This document shows positions 35,445 to 45,709 of a DNA stretch of 64,000 nucleotides, one piece after another; position 1 is the first letter of the stretch; each line of letters opens with the position of its first letter. The stretch comes from a virus (lineage: Duplodnaviria > Caudoviricetes). A model generated the notes under the pieces. That model was not told the DNA's origin. It worked only from the letters and a program-made list of their open reading frames with translations, and did no database searches. The DNA is taken from positions 2,095 through 66,094 of IMG/VR virus record IMGVR_UViG_3300036781_000813. One strand, given 5' to 3'. The position numbers and the translations under genes are program-made.

Positions 35445-35907
35445 CGCTGTACTTCACCAGACTTACGGTTTCGATTGGGCCGCCATCCTTGCCCGTGTGC
35501 TCATGTTCCTGTCGGTCGCGCCATTTCCAGCGTTGGCGGTTCTTGAGCCAGAAGATCGCGGCCGTCACATCCGGCGGGTAATGCTCGGTGAAAGGCGCAT
35601 ACACCGGCTCGTCTGCACCAGCGGGCATGAAGATCTTCACGGCGTGCGGATTGGAGTAACCGGTCGCCCGCGAATACAGCCGTTCAGCGACCTTGGCGTC
35701 AGCCGACAGCTTTCCTTCCTTTAGGGCCTCCAGAAACTCCGGATGGGCACTTTTCCACGTGTTCAACGTGGCGACGGAAACGTCCCAGAAGGCAGCCATT
35801 TCATCGTCTGTCGCGCCAAGAAGCGCAAGCTTGCGCGCCTCCTCGACAAAGCGACGATCGTATTTCGATGGCCGGCCGCCAGCGCCCTTCTTCGTCTTCT
35901 TGGCCAT
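35344..35907 (-). CDS. terS: Terminase small subunit
   Basis: GRPSKY...LGATDDEMA...PPDVTAAIFWLKNRQ...WRD...HTGKDGGPI. Confidence 0.9.
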   Translation of the reverse strand: MAKKTKKGAGGRPSKYDRRFVEEARKLALLGATDDEMAAFWDVSVATLNTWKSAHPEFLEALKEGKLSADAKVAERLYSRATGYSNPHAVKIFMPAGADEPVYAPFTEHYPPDVTAAIFWLKNRQRWKWRDRQEHEHTGKDGGPIETVSLVKYSDEQLDQLERILTAPAGPISDDGDGPEGEASPGA

Positions 35908-35912
35908 GTGTC

Positions 35913-36443
35913 TCAGCTCACGAGCTCGACGTCGTCGGCCCTGACCTTGATCTCGCGTTCAGCGCCCAGCAGCGACATCAGCACCTTCACCCGGTCGCCC
36001 TCGGCCCAGCTAACCTTGGCCTCATGGTCCGCGAAGGTGCCCTTGAGCAGCTTCACCGTGGATCCGATGGGAATCACCTTGGATAGCGCGGCGTCGATGT
36101 TCTCGGAATTAACCCAGTCGCCATTGCAGAGGTCGAACAGGACCTTCATGGCCCGCTCGGGAACGCGCACCGGCTTGGCGGGCAGCGGCGGGATCATATT
36201 CTTGACGCCCCGGGTGCCGTAGACCTTGCCCCAATCATCGTGGTCGAGATCGAGGCGCACGAAGATGTATCCGGGGAAATACGGCCGGACGACATCCTCG
36301 AAGGAGCCGCGCACGCGGCGGCGTACCAAGCAACGGGGGCTGAAAGTCTGGAAACCTTGTCGCTGCAGGTTCTCTCTGGCGGCAATCTCGCCAAAGTTAT
36401 TCAGCGTAGCGACATACCAGGAAAAGCGGCCGGTGGAGCTCAA
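35913..36443 (-). CDS. NusG/RfaH-family antiterminator
   Basis: WYVAT...LQRQGF...PYFPGYIFV...TRGV, with a C-terminal KOW region (GTFAD...RVKVLMSLLG). Confidence 0.88.
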   Translation of the reverse strand: MSSTGRFSWYVATLNNFGEIAARENLQRQGFQTFSPRCLVRRRVRGSFEDVVRPYFPGYIFVRLDLDHDDWGKVYGTRGVKNMIPPLPAKPVRVPERAMKVLFDLCNGDWVNSENIDAALSKVIPIGSTVKLLKGTFADHEAKVSWAEGDRVKVLMSLLGAEREIKVRADDVELVS

Positions 36444-36626
36444 TCTTCGCCTCTTTACGGCTACCGCACATCCTCAAAAAACGGATGTACGTTGGGTCAC
36501 GTAAACGGCGATGAGAGTTCATTATCGCGGCGTTAAGCTACAGATGGGTGCCGCGTTAGGATCGGAAGCTAATAGTTGTGGGTACGGCGTGTCAAGTGCC
36601 GGTGATCGAGTTAGCCACAGTTGCCC

Positions 36627-36944
36627 TTATCGTTGGTCATAGAAGGCGCGGTCTGGGTCGAGGCCAATCACGGAAAATCGACCTCCGGCCGTTGTCTCGA
36701 CCAGATATGCCCGGTCAGCCATTTTATCGCGACATCCGGGGAATTCTCGCTTACTCGCGCATGATCCAAAAATAGGACTGCCGGTAGACATGATCATGAC
36801 GCCATCATCCTGCATGCAGCCTTGAACCTTCAGGAGTTTTCCGCACTCCCGACATTCGGCCACGACGTTGGCGTAGCCTTCCTCCATCTGTTTGACCGAG
36901 CGCCGATCTCTCTCGTCGTCGAGATTGATGATCTTGTCTGACAT
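36627..36944 (-). CDS. Hypothetical protein
   Basis: GAGGG RBS, low-GC standalone ORF. Confidence 0.55.
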   Translation of the reverse strand: MSDKIINLDDERDRRSVKQMEEGYANVVAECRECGKLLKVQGCMQDDGVMIMSTGSPIFGSCASKREFPGCRDKMADRAYLVETTAGGRFSVIGLDPDRAFYDQR

Positions 36945-36968
36945 GATCCCTCTCACCGTCTTCCTCGG

Positions 36969-37009
36969 AAAAATACCCCGCCGCAACCCTCTATAGGCGC
37001 GGCGGGGTA
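36969..37009 (-). terminator. Intrinsic terminator ending the early operon
   Basis: TACCCCGCCGC-N14-GCGGCGGGGTA followed on the minus strand by a T-run. Confidence 0.7.
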
Positions 37010-37279
37010 AGGACTCGCAGGACCGCCGTCAGGACGTGCGAGGGGATGGGGTTAGCAGCGCGCGCTTCATGTCGATGATGACCCGCGCGGCATTGGCCGC
37101 GTTCAAGGCCGCCTGCGCATACTTCATGGCATCGTCTGGCAGGGCCGCACCGGCCGCCTTGCTCACCAGTTCCTTAACTTGCTTCTCAACATCATCCATG
37201 GGTTCTAACTCCATAAGACTGGCCGGCACTTTGGCTTTCGCAATCCGCGGTGTGCCGACATTTGACCGCGGAACGCTTT

Positions 37280-38882
37280 TCACCCCTCCTTGAGCGAGGA
37301 GCTGTCGGGCTTCTCGTTCAGGATGGCTTCGATGCCTGCAACGAATGCGTTTTCTATCCATCTGTGAGGCACATGGAATATGTCGTTGTCGAACGCCCCC
37401 GACTCACGCATGGCCTCTACTACATGATCATCGGGCCAGCTCACGGCCAGCAAGACGGCCCGGACAATCGCGAGGCGCAATGGCGTAGCCACGGCCGAGC
37501 CACCCGGAATTGCCTCGCCAACGGCAGCAGCGGCCTTTTCCATCATCGTCATCTCCCCTCTCCCTTCTCCAGCTCCTCGATGCGGCGCTGCAGGAACGCA
37601 ATCTGTCGGGCGAGATGCGCAACCTGCAATTCGGTCACCGTCGGCGTGTGGACGTAGGTGTGCGCCATTTCCAGGTTGTCGGCCCAACCGTCCAGCGAGG
37701 CCACTGACATGGGTACGAAACTGGTTATCGTCTTTGCCGCGCGACGCCGGGGCACTTTCCGCTTCCTCATGTCTTCCTCCCCGACAGATCAAATCCAACC
37801 CGCGCTAGGCATCTCGTCCTTCGCCGCCTCGCGCACGCTCGATGCAATGGACTGCGAGACGACATAGACCGCCGACCGTGCGACTTCGTTGACCCATGCA
37901 TCCCATTGCACTGAACGCAGCCGTTCGGCTTCCTCGGGCGGCGCAAGCGCTTTTAACTGGGTCCCATCAATCGCGAATTCGCACTGGCTCTTTGGCCCCA
38001 CCAAGGGCCGATTGCCCGGCTCGCCCGCGTCCATGTCCTGCACTTCGAAGACGATCTTGAACTTGCGCATCTCAGTCCTCCCTCCGCTTTCCCGACAGAT
38101 CAAACCCAATAGGCTGCCGCTGCACGACGATCCGGTTGCCGTCCTTGTCGAGTAGCCCGGTATCCCGTGCGCCCTCGGGCTCGTACACGGTGAAGTTTTG
38201 CACCATGCCGCCGTATTCGTCGGCCCAGCGTTGGTTCCTGTGATTCCCTGTCGCTTGGCGCTTTTCCGGTGTTGTGCGGCGCGTCATAGCTTGAACCTCA
38301 CGGCGGCAGGCCTTGCCCCGGCGCGAATTTCCTCTCGCGCCTCTTCTATGAACTTATCGGCCTCGGCGATCTTGCGCGCCACATCCATGGGCACCACAGC
38401 GAAGCCCGCGGCCTCGATGGCGGCGTATGCGGTGGCTGCCTGTTCGAGTGCTCGGGCCACGCGGTACGCAGGCGCGTCCTCGAACGCGAATTTACGGCAC
38501 ACTTCCGCGCCGTCGACCATTTGGCCCGCCGGCATGTAGAACGGCTCAAGGTCGTACAGGGCCCGGGCGATGGTCTCCGTGAGGTCGGCCGCACCGGAGC
38601 GCGGCGGTGTCTCGGCGACCTTCGGCATCGGTATCTGAAGCGTCGTTTGCGGCACGACTGGCTTGGTCATGTCGTTGACCCTCCGGTATCTGCACTCGTC
38701 AGGTTCGGTTCAGGGGCGGTCGCTGCGTTTTCACGTGAAACTTGTGAAACGCGCCTCTCGACGATTGCGTGCAGCCGACGTGCCCTTCCTCGCTCCCTCC
38801 ACTCCCGCATGTAGCTGGCATGGCATGCAGGACAGTATCTGTGGCCGGGATGGCGGGATAAGGGGTGGGTACAGCGGGTCAT
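37280..38882 (-). other. Cluster of six small coupled hypothetical ORFs (37280-37552, 37549-37770, 37789-38070, 38072-38287, 38284-38670, 38667-38882)
   Basis: RBSs and ATGA overlaps, nin-like region. Confidence 0.6.
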
Positions 38883-38915
38883 GGGGGTTTTATCTCGCTC
38901 GCTCGCGCGTCGTTC

Positions 38916-39836
38916 CTAGCGCTCACTACGCACCTGTTCCTCGCCGTCTGAGACTGTTGCCTTCTCTCCGAGCAACGCCATTGTCTCTCTCATCGACATT
39001 GGGCGACCGTTCTCGTTGAGATACTTGTGCGCCGCCATGACTTGGACAACGAACGTGTCCTCAATTTGGGTTGGCATGTATGCGCGGTCGTGCGGTTGGC
39101 GAGATGCGGCAACGTCTTCATAGGGGCGCTCGTCTTCGTTACCAGCGCCAAGCCCCAGCACTTCCTGCCATGGCTGCTGTTTCTTGTAGTATTCCTTGAT
39201 GAAGTAGCGTGGCTTGCCCTTGTGGGCCTCAAGCTCTGCGAGCGTCGTCTTACCTTCAAACAGAGCCAGCATAATGCTCTGGCAGATGTCGGAGCGTTGC
39301 CACTCTGGGAACGACCTCGGTACCAGCGCATTGACGCGCAGAAGGTCGGCGTGTTCGGGGCGCGCCTTCTTGATGTACGGGAACTGGAGCTGTTCATAAC
39401 GCTCCTTGTTCTTGCTGATGAAGTAGTATGGCCAACTCGTCGGCACGGCGAGGCCGATACGCCGCGCACGATTCGCAAGCGCGGGAGCGGGACGGCCGAG
39501 GGAAATGGAAGCCTGCGCAGGATCGACTTTGGCCGCCACCAAAAGCGATAGCGCGCGATCCTCTGCGGCTAGCCAGTGTGTACCGCGCCCCATGGCTGGA
39601 GCGGGCCCGAGGGCCAAGAGTTCTGCGGCTGTGCTGGCAGACGCAATGCCCTCGATAAGCGGCGCGCGTAGTTTGTAAACGAAACGCTCCTTCTCCTCGC
39701 GCGCAATACGCTTGCGCATCTTCGCCAGTTTGAGCGGCGCCTTCTTGAAATAGCAATTCGCACACTTCGCGGCAGAGCCGGGCGAGCGAGGGCGGCCACA
39801 AGAGACGCAGAGGAAAGGGCTGGGCTTGGTGTTCAT
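38916..39836 (-). CDS. Hypothetical protein with a Zn-finger and HTH/Myb-like segment
   Basis: CxxC-CxxC N-terminus, WLAAEDRAL...LGRPAPALANRARRIGL. Confidence 0.6.
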   Translation of the reverse strand: MNTKPSPFLCVSCGRPRSPGSAAKCANCYFKKAPLKLAKMRKRIAREEKERFVYKLRAPLIEGIASASTAAELLALGPAPAMGRGTHWLAAEDRALSLLVAAKVDPAQASISLGRPAPALANRARRIGLAVPTSWPYYFISKNKERYEQLQFPYIKKARPEHADLLRVNALVPRSFPEWQRSDICQSIMLALFEGKTTLAELEAHKGKPRYFIKEYYKKQQPWQEVLGLGAGNEDERPYEDVAASRQPHDRAYMPTQIEDTFVVQVMAAHKYLNENGRPMSMRETMALLGEKATVSDGEEQVRSER

Positions 39837-39932
39837 GGCTAGGTCGGATGGGCGCGGCGGTTGCACAATCCTAGGATTCCCGCCGTGTTCATCGGCATTC
39901 GGCCGACTAGCCCATCCGATTCTTCCAATGTA

Positions 39933-40097
39933 TCAGCGCTTCATCTTCGCTTTGCTGCGGCGAAGCGTCTTCTTCGTTTCGGCCTTCTGGCCTGAGACGA
40001 ACTTGAAATATTCCTCGGCCACCACAATGGCATCACATGGGCCATTCTGAAGGGCGAGGCGAAGGCATTCAAACTTAAGCTGTTCGACGGGATTCAT
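39933..40097 (-). CDS. Small hypothetical protein
   Basis: GAAGGA RBS, MNPVEQLKFECLRLAL. Below the ORF-track size cutoff. Confidence 0.5.
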   Translation of the reverse strand: MNPVEQLKFECLRLALQNGPCDAIVVAEEYFKFVSGQKAETKKTLRRSKAKMKR

Positions 40098-40304
40098 GCA
40101 GTGCGTCCTTCTGTTGAAAAACTCGGTTGGTGCGGTAGGCCCGTCTTCGGGCCGCGTAGCGCGCTATTATTCATCCAGCGCATCACATCCCTCCCCTCTG
40201 CGAGCACTGGCCGAGCCAGTCCCGTGTCAGGGGTGGCGAGCACGGTCCCGAGCAGCCGGCCAGCAGGACTAGGAGCAGCGTCGCCATCAGGAAGCGGGCC
40301 ATGG

Positions 40305-40562
40305 TCAGGCGCTCCCCGCCCCGCCCTTAGATAGGGTCGCGATCACCGACTGGTTGCCGTACTCGATATTGTCCGAGACGACGCGCATGGCCATCTCGGG
40401 CGTCGTCTTCCGCTGGTCTTGGAGCGCGATCAGCTTGCCCAGCATGTTCGCGGCCACCGCCAGCAGTTCCAAGGGTGTCAGCTTGTTGGCGTGTTTGCTC
40501 ACGAGCGCGGTGAGGTCCTGATAGGCGACCTCGTGCTCGGGTTTCGCGATGTGGAGGCTCAT
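40305..40562 (-). CDS. Hypothetical protein
   Basis: ATGA-coupled, helical. Confidence 0.6.
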   Translation of the reverse strand: MSLHIAKPEHEVAYQDLTALVSKHANKLTPLELLAVAANMLGKLIALQDQRKTTPEMAMRVVSDNIEYGNQSVIATLSKGGAGSA

Positions 40563-40963
40563 GTGCCCACCTTCGATCCGTCGTCCCAGACGAACTCGCC
40601 GTCGGTGCCGACAGGGAAGTGCTTGCCGCATCCGACGCAGAAGGTGCCGCTGTAGAAGTCCGGGTCGCGCGCGTAGGTCTCGGCGAGAGCCTGTCCCATG
40701 GTCGTCGCCGCACCGCACTTCTCGTGAACGTAGGTGCGCCGCACCGGCCGGACGAAGCCCTTGGCGCGCTCGGCGTCGCTCAGCACCACGTAGCCCTTCT
40801 GCTGGCCGTTGGGCTTCAGCTCGCGATGATCGCCGGTGACCGGGCTGCCGTCGGTCAGCGTGCGCTGCGAACGATCAACGGGTGATGGCGGATAGGCCTC
40901 CGTCCGCGCCTGCTCGCGCAGATCGTCAGGAATGCCCTCGGTAAGCTTTCGCACGTCAACCAT
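40559..40963 (-). CDS. Conserved phage Zn-ribbon protein
   Basis: YVVLSDAERAKGFVRPVRRTYVH..CG...TFCVGC. Confidence 0.7.
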   Translation of the reverse strand: MVDVRKLTEGIPDDLREQARTEAYPPSPVDRSQRTLTDGSPVTGDHRELKPNGQQKGYVVLSDAERAKGFVRPVRRTYVHEKCGAATTMGQALAETYARDPDFYSGTFCVGCGKHFPVGTDGEFVWDDGSKVGT

Positions 40964-40966
40964 TGG

Positions 40967-42364
40967 CTATGCTCCTTCCAGATCAGAAAACCTCGTCAGC
41001 CACGCCTCGAACTTCGTGGTGATCGTCCCGATGGGGCCGTGGCGCTGCTTCTCGACAAGGATCTCGGCGCGGTTTTCGATGTCGGCCGGCACATCGAGGC
41101 CCTGCCGGGCGAGGTAGTACGCCTCGCGGTAGATGAACATCACGACGTCGGCGTCCTGCTCGATGCTGCCGGATTCGCGGAGGTCGGAGAGCTGGGGCCG
41201 CTTGTTCTCGCGGCTCTCCACTGCACGGCTGAGTTGACTCAGCGCCAGCACCGGGACGTCCAGCTCTTTGGCCAGCCCCTTGAGACCGCGGGTGATCGTG
41301 GAGACATCTTCGACGCGGTTGCCGTTGCGGCGACGGTCATCGGGCTCGATGAGCTGCAGGTAGTCGATCACCAGCAGCTCGCAGCCGTGCTGCCGCTTCA
41401 GCCGGCGGGCGCGGGCGCGGATGGCGGACAGCGTCTGGCCGGGGGTATCGTCGATCCACATCGGCATCGATTCGAACTCCCTGGCGGCATTCAGGAAGCG
41501 GTCGAACTCGGCGGCGTTCATGTTGCCCTTGCGCACTGCGGCGCTGCTGACCATGGCCCGTTCGGACACGATGCGGGTCGCCAGCTGGTCGGCCGACATC
41601 TCGAGCGAGATGAAGCCGACGCGGGCGCCGTCAATGGTCACCGGGCCGGCATCGGTATCCTCGGTGCGCCAGGCCAACGCCGCGGAGACCGAGATGTTCG
41701 AGGCCAGGGAGCTTTTGCCCATACTCGGCCTCGCCGCGAGGATGATCAGATCGGAGCGGTGGAGACCGCCCAGCAAGCGGTCCAGAGACCGCAGACCGGT
41801 GGTGACGCCGCTCAGACCACCCTCGCGCTTGTGCGCGGCCTCGGCGCCCTTCACGGCGCTGGTCAGCCCCTTGCTGAAGCCAGCGAAGTCGCTGTCTGCA
41901 GCTCCCTCGGCGAGCTCGTACAGCCGCTTCTCGACGCGGGCGATCTGGTCGGCCGCGGTGTCCTCGGGCTGCGGGTAGCAGGCCTCCGTCATGGCGTCGT
42001 TGCCGATCGCCACGAGTCCCCGGCGCAGCGCGGCGTCGCGCACCACCCGTGCCATGCTGAGCGCGTCGGCCACGACCACAGAGCCCGATGCGAGCTCGGC
42101 GAGGTAGCGGTTGACGCCACCCGACGGCAGGCCTGGCAAGCTCTCGGCGTAGGCCTTGAGCGAGAACGGGTTCACGGCCTGGCCGCGGTTCAGCAGCTTG
42201 GCGCTGGCATCGTACAGCGCGGCATGCAGCGGGTCGGCGAAGTGCTCGACCCGAAGGAATTCCGAGACACCGTGGAAGGCGAGGTTGTTCACCAGGATCG
42301 CCCCCAGCACGGCCTGCTCGGCCTCGAGGTTGGTCGGCAGGTCGGAGATTCTCGGCAGGCTCAT
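40967..42364 (-). CDS. dnaB: Replicative DNA helicase
   Basis: EAEQAVLGAIL, AARPSMGKS, IDYLQL, LSQLSRAVE, DLRESGSIEQDAD. Confidence 0.96.
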   Translation of the reverse strand: MSLPRISDLPTNLEAEQAVLGAILVNNLAFHGVSEFLRVEHFADPLHAALYDASAKLLNRGQAVNPFSLKAYAESLPGLPSGGVNRYLAELASGSVVVADALSMARVVRDAALRRGLVAIGNDAMTEACYPQPEDTAADQIARVEKRLYELAEGAADSDFAGFSKGLTSAVKGAEAAHKREGGLSGVTTGLRSLDRLLGGLHRSDLIILAARPSMGKSSLASNISVSAALAWRTEDTDAGPVTIDGARVGFISLEMSADQLATRIVSERAMVSSAAVRKGNMNAAEFDRFLNAAREFESMPMWIDDTPGQTLSAIRARARRLKRQHGCELLVIDYLQLIEPDDRRRNGNRVEDVSTITRGLKGLAKELDVPVLALSQLSRAVESRENKRPQLSDLRESGSIEQDADVVMFIYREAYYLARQGLDVPADIENRAEILVEKQRHGPIGTITTKFEAWLTRFSDLEGA

Positions 42365-42876
42365 ACGCGCTTCCTCGCTGCAAGTTCGGTGATCATGGCC
42401 ATGCCGTCGTGCGCGGGCGCCTCAAGCGCCCCGTGCGCGGTTGCCGGTGGTGATGTCTGATGCTCATCAGGGGGAAGCCCTGGAGGGGCTTCCCCTAATT
42501 CTGCTCTGTTCTGCTCTGGTGCGTTTCCTGAAACCGTTTCATGCGGTTTCCCGGAGCGTTCCCTTTTGCGTTTCCGAAACGATCTGACACGCCCGGTTGA
42601 AACGTCCGACTTGTATTGACGGCCGTTCCAGTTGTGCGGCTCGGTTCCCGTTTCGGAAACGTCGAATAGTTTGGCCTCAATCAGGGCGTCGACGGCGCGC
42701 TGAACTTCCTTCTCGCTTTTGCGAAGGCCGAAAGCCATGTCGGTGGTCGACGGCAATACTCCACCGTTGCGGCTCGCAAGGCAGAGCAAGTTGAACCACG
42801 TCTTGAACAATTCGCCGGGGAGGCGCTGCAATTTGGGATCGTCGACCGCTTCGTCGTGCGCGCGCCACCAAGCCAT
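42361..42876 (-). CDS. Phage replication initiator-like protein
   Basis: WWRAHDEAVDDPKLQRL...WFNLLCLA...PHNWNGRQYKSD.STGRV, upstream of dnaB. Confidence 0.7.
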   Translation of the reverse strand: MAWWRAHDEAVDDPKLQRLPGELFKTWFNLLCLASRNGGVLPSTTDMAFGLRKSEKEVQRAVDALIEAKLFDVSETGTEPHNWNGRQYKSDVSTGRVRSFRKRKRERSGKPHETVSGNAPEQNRAELGEAPPGLPPDEHQTSPPATAHGALEAPAHDGMAMITELAARKRV

Positions 42877-43016
42877 TACTTCGCCCCCTTGCTGGCGTTG
42901 CAAGACACGCAGAGCAGTCGGAGGTTCGCCGGATCGGTGACGATGGAGTCGATGCTGCTGTCGGCGAACGTCTTCAGCACCTCGCGCGAGTCACCGTGAT
43001 GGATGCGCACCGTCAC
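42876..43016 (-). pseudogene. Chimeric remnant: N6/N4 methyltransferase N-terminus fused to an HNH C-terminus
   Basis: VRIHHGDSREVLKTFADSSIDSIVTDP joined to ANLRLLCVSCNASKGAK. Confidence 0.7.
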
Positions 43017-43149
43017 GACCGCCCCCGCATCAGCGCAGCCGCCAGCACCAGGTCGAACGTGTCCTCTGGCTTCGGCCACCGCTCCCCGGTCAGCAGGGCG
43101 CGCAGCCGGATAGCGGCGCAGGCGACGATGTAGCTTTCGGCGGCGTCGG

Positions 43150-44844
43150 TCATGCCGCGAGATCCCAAAGAGCGGCGGCGACCAGCGCGCGGGCGGTTCG
43201 CACTGGCACAGCGTTCCCAATCTGTTTTGTGATCTCCGTCTTGGTGCCGGCGAACTCGTAGTCGCTGTCGGCGTCGCTGAAGCTCATCGCCCGGGCGAGC
43301 TCGCGCCAGTGCAGCATCCGGAAGAGGATGTCGTACTGCTGCTCGCCCTCGGCTTCCGAGGCTTCGGCCATGCGGACGCTGCCCTGTGCCGGGATCGTCG
43401 GCATCGGCATCTCGAGGTCATGGGTGCGCGGCAGCTGGCCGTCGCGCTCTCCGAAGCTCGCGGTGATGAAGGCGAGATGGCCGCCCTTGGAAGTGGTCAG
43501 CGTCGGCAACGGTGCAGCGAGGTCGCGCGCGACCGGACCGCCACCACTATGGGTGACTGGGCAGACCATGCCGAAGCGCGGCAGGACGGTGATCGTGTCG
43601 AGCGGCTGTTCGACGCTCTTGCAGGTCGTGCCGGAGCCACTGCCGTAGTACGGCGTGATCAGCGCCGTGCCCTCGCCGCGGTTCTGCTGGCCGCCGGTGG
43701 TGATCGTGGGGAAGGGCTGGTCGACGGTGCGTGGCGCGCCGCCCGAGGCCTGTGAGAGCACGAACGGCTCGACCAGGGCTTGCTCTCCCCGATTCGCCCC
43801 GGTCACGGTCGGCAGCGGGCCGTCGAGCGTCCGGCCACGGAACTGGCCGTGATGCGTCACCGGAAGGATGATGGGCTGCGCAACACCGCGACGGTCCTGC
43901 GTCAGCACCGTCGTCAGCGGATCCTCGACCGACCTAGGCTTGCCCGCGTACTGCGCGCCGCCATTGCCGACTAAGATCGGCGTCGCCAGTCCGATATGCG
44001 TCCCGCGCGCCGCGACCGTCGGCAGAGGCAAGTCGATCGATCGCCCCGCCATATGCTGGCGCAGCACGACCAGGAACGGCTCGGGCCAACTGAAGCGGAC
44101 GGCACCGGCATAGATGCGCTGCATCGTGCGCGCCGCCAGCGGTTGCTTCCGGCCAAAGATCGAACGCCCGCGCATCGCCCAGTCGATGCACTCCCGCGCT
44201 GGACGCCACTTCTGCAGCGGTGCCAGCAGATCGTGCTTGGGCTCCTTGGTGTGAGTCGCCTCCGGCCAGCGGATGCGGCCGCGCTTTCGTGCCATCAGGA
44301 AGAACCGGCGGCGCGTCGTGGCGTCGCCATAGTCGGCGCAGTTCAGCATCCGGTACTCGACCTGATAGCCGAGCCCGCGCAGCGCGGTGAGCCACTGCTG
44401 GAAGTAGAGTCCCTTCTTCGCCTTTATCGGCTTGCCGGTCTTGGGATCGACCGGCCCCCAGTCGGTGAACTCAGGCACGTTCTCAATCAGCAGCCGAGCG
44501 ACGTTCAGTTCGGTCAGCCAGGTGATGACGTGCCAGGGGTCCATGCGCTGCTGGTCGCTGGTCGGCCGGCCGCCGCGGGCGCGGCTGTGGTAGGTGCACG
44601 TCGGTGACGCCATCAGGAGGTCGAGCTGGCCGCCCGGCACGCACTGGATCGGCCGCGCGGACGACACGTCTTGGCAGTAATGCCGAGCCTCGGGATGCAT
44701 GCGCTTGTGGGTCTCGATGGCGCGGTCCCAGTGATTGACGCAGACGAGGTCCATCTCCCGGCCGAGGCCTTCGATGGCCTGCTTGGCGCCAGTGCTTGAC
44801 CCTCCAGCGCCACAGAAAAGGTCGGCGACCTTGATCTTTTTCAC
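43150..44844 (-). CDS. C5 cytosine DNA methyltransferase
   Basis: DLFCGAGG, ASPTC, ENVPEF, RRRFF, KQIGNAVP, with internal repeats of RxxxxPLxTxT. Confidence 0.92.
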   Translation of the reverse strand: MKKIKVADLFCGAGGSSTGAKQAIEGLGREMDLVCVNHWDRAIETHKRMHPEARHYCQDVSSARPIQCVPGGQLDLLMASPTCTYHSRARGGRPTSDQQRMDPWHVITWLTELNVARLLIENVPEFTDWGPVDPKTGKPIKAKKGLYFQQWLTALRGLGYQVEYRMLNCADYGDATTRRRFFLMARKRGRIRWPEATHTKEPKHDLLAPLQKWRPARECIDWAMRGRSIFGRKQPLAARTMQRIYAGAVRFSWPEPFLVVLRQHMAGRSIDLPLPTVAARGTHIGLATPILVGNGGAQYAGKPRSVEDPLTTVLTQDRRGVAQPIILPVTHHGQFRGRTLDGPLPTVTGANRGEQALVEPFVLSQASGGAPRTVDQPFPTITTGGQQNRGEGTALITPYYGSGSGTTCKSVEQPLDTITVLPRFGMVCPVTHSGGGPVARDLAAPLPTLTTSKGGHLAFITASFGERDGQLPRTHDLEMPMPTIPAQGSVRMAEASEAEGEQQYDILFRMLHWRELARAMSFSDADSDYEFAGTKTEITKQIGNAVPVRTARALVAAALWDLAA

Positions 44845-45338
44845 GCCGCCACCCCTTCCCGCTCATTACGGCGCAGCACATCCCTAGACCTGCTTACGGC
44901 GCTCTTCACGGTCCCCTCTTTGACTCCCGCTGCCTTGGCTGCCTGGTCGTAGGTCATGCCCTCCAGCCCGACCATGAGGAGCATCTTTCTGTGGTGGGGC
45001 ATGATCCTCTTCATGCAGTGGATGACCTCGCGGAGACGTAACCCGTCTTCCTGGCAGGCCTTGATGGTCGGGAGATCGACCGTCGACAGTCCCTCGTGCG
45101 GTTGGTTCTTCGACAGCCGCCGGGTGGAGATGAAGTGGTTCTTCATCAGCACGGTGGCCCACGCGATGAAGTTGGTGCCCTGCTCGAAGAGATGGGCCTT
45201 CTCCACTGCTCGGAGATAGACGTCCTGCATCAAGTCCTGTGCCCGGTCGGGATCGCGGGTCAGCGATATCGCCAGGAGCTTCAAGGTGTGGCGGACCTCG
45301 AGGAATTCGGAGGAGACGTGGTGCTGGGCGGGGGTCAT
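44841..45338 (-). CDS. ECF-type RNA polymerase sigma factor
   Basis: AISLTRDPDRAQDLMQD...GTNFIAW...EGMTYDQAA...GTVKSAVSR. Confidence 0.88.
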   Translation of the reverse strand: MTPAQHHVSSEFLEVRHTLKLLAISLTRDPDRAQDLMQDVYLRAVEKAHLFEQGTNFIAWATVLMKNHFISTRRLSKNQPHEGLSTVDLPTIKACQEDGLRLREVIHCMKRIMPHHRKMLLMVGLEGMTYDQAAKAAGVKEGTVKSAVSRSRDVLRRNEREGVAA

Positions 45339-45709
45339 GCGGCTTCAGCCACCGCCTGCTTGCCGACGCGATCAGCTTCGACCCAGATCAGCGCTTCCTT
45401 GCCGGGCGCATTCCGTCGAACGGTGATGGTGGTGACGTGCTTGTCGTCGTCGATGCGCCGGCTGGCCACAAGCGCGTCCAAAAGCCCTTTGATCCTGTTG
45501 TCGATGTCGCCCTTCATGGAAGTCGGCAGGCTGATCGTGACCGCGACGGCGCCACCGATACGCTGATCTGCGCGAACCTGGGCGTAGATCGCCAGCACCG
45601 CGTTCTTCCGCCAGTCCCGATAGTCGCGCGTCTTCACGCGGCCCTTGCCGGCTACGTTGCGGAAGGCGCGGTTCACGCTCGGCGGGGGTGGCAGCTTGAG
45701 GTGCATCAT
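45335..45709 (-). CDS. rusA: RusA Holliday junction resolvase
   Basis: LPPPPSVN...DIDNRIKGLLDAL...DDDKHV. Confidence 0.9.
   Translation of the reverse strand: MMHLKLPPPPSVNRAFRNVAGKGRVKTRDYRDWRKNAVLAIYAQVRADQRIGGAVAVTISLPTSMKGDIDNRIKGLLDALVASRRIDDDKHVTTITVRRNAPGKEALIWVEADRVGKQAVAEAA

Noticed and set aside
41039-42460. 473-aa plus-strand ORF antisense to dnaB
   Set aside because: In-register shadow ORF typical of high-GC codon bias, with no motifs and no RBS. This contrasts with the 30466-31479 ORF, which has HTH and nuclease motifs and an SD.
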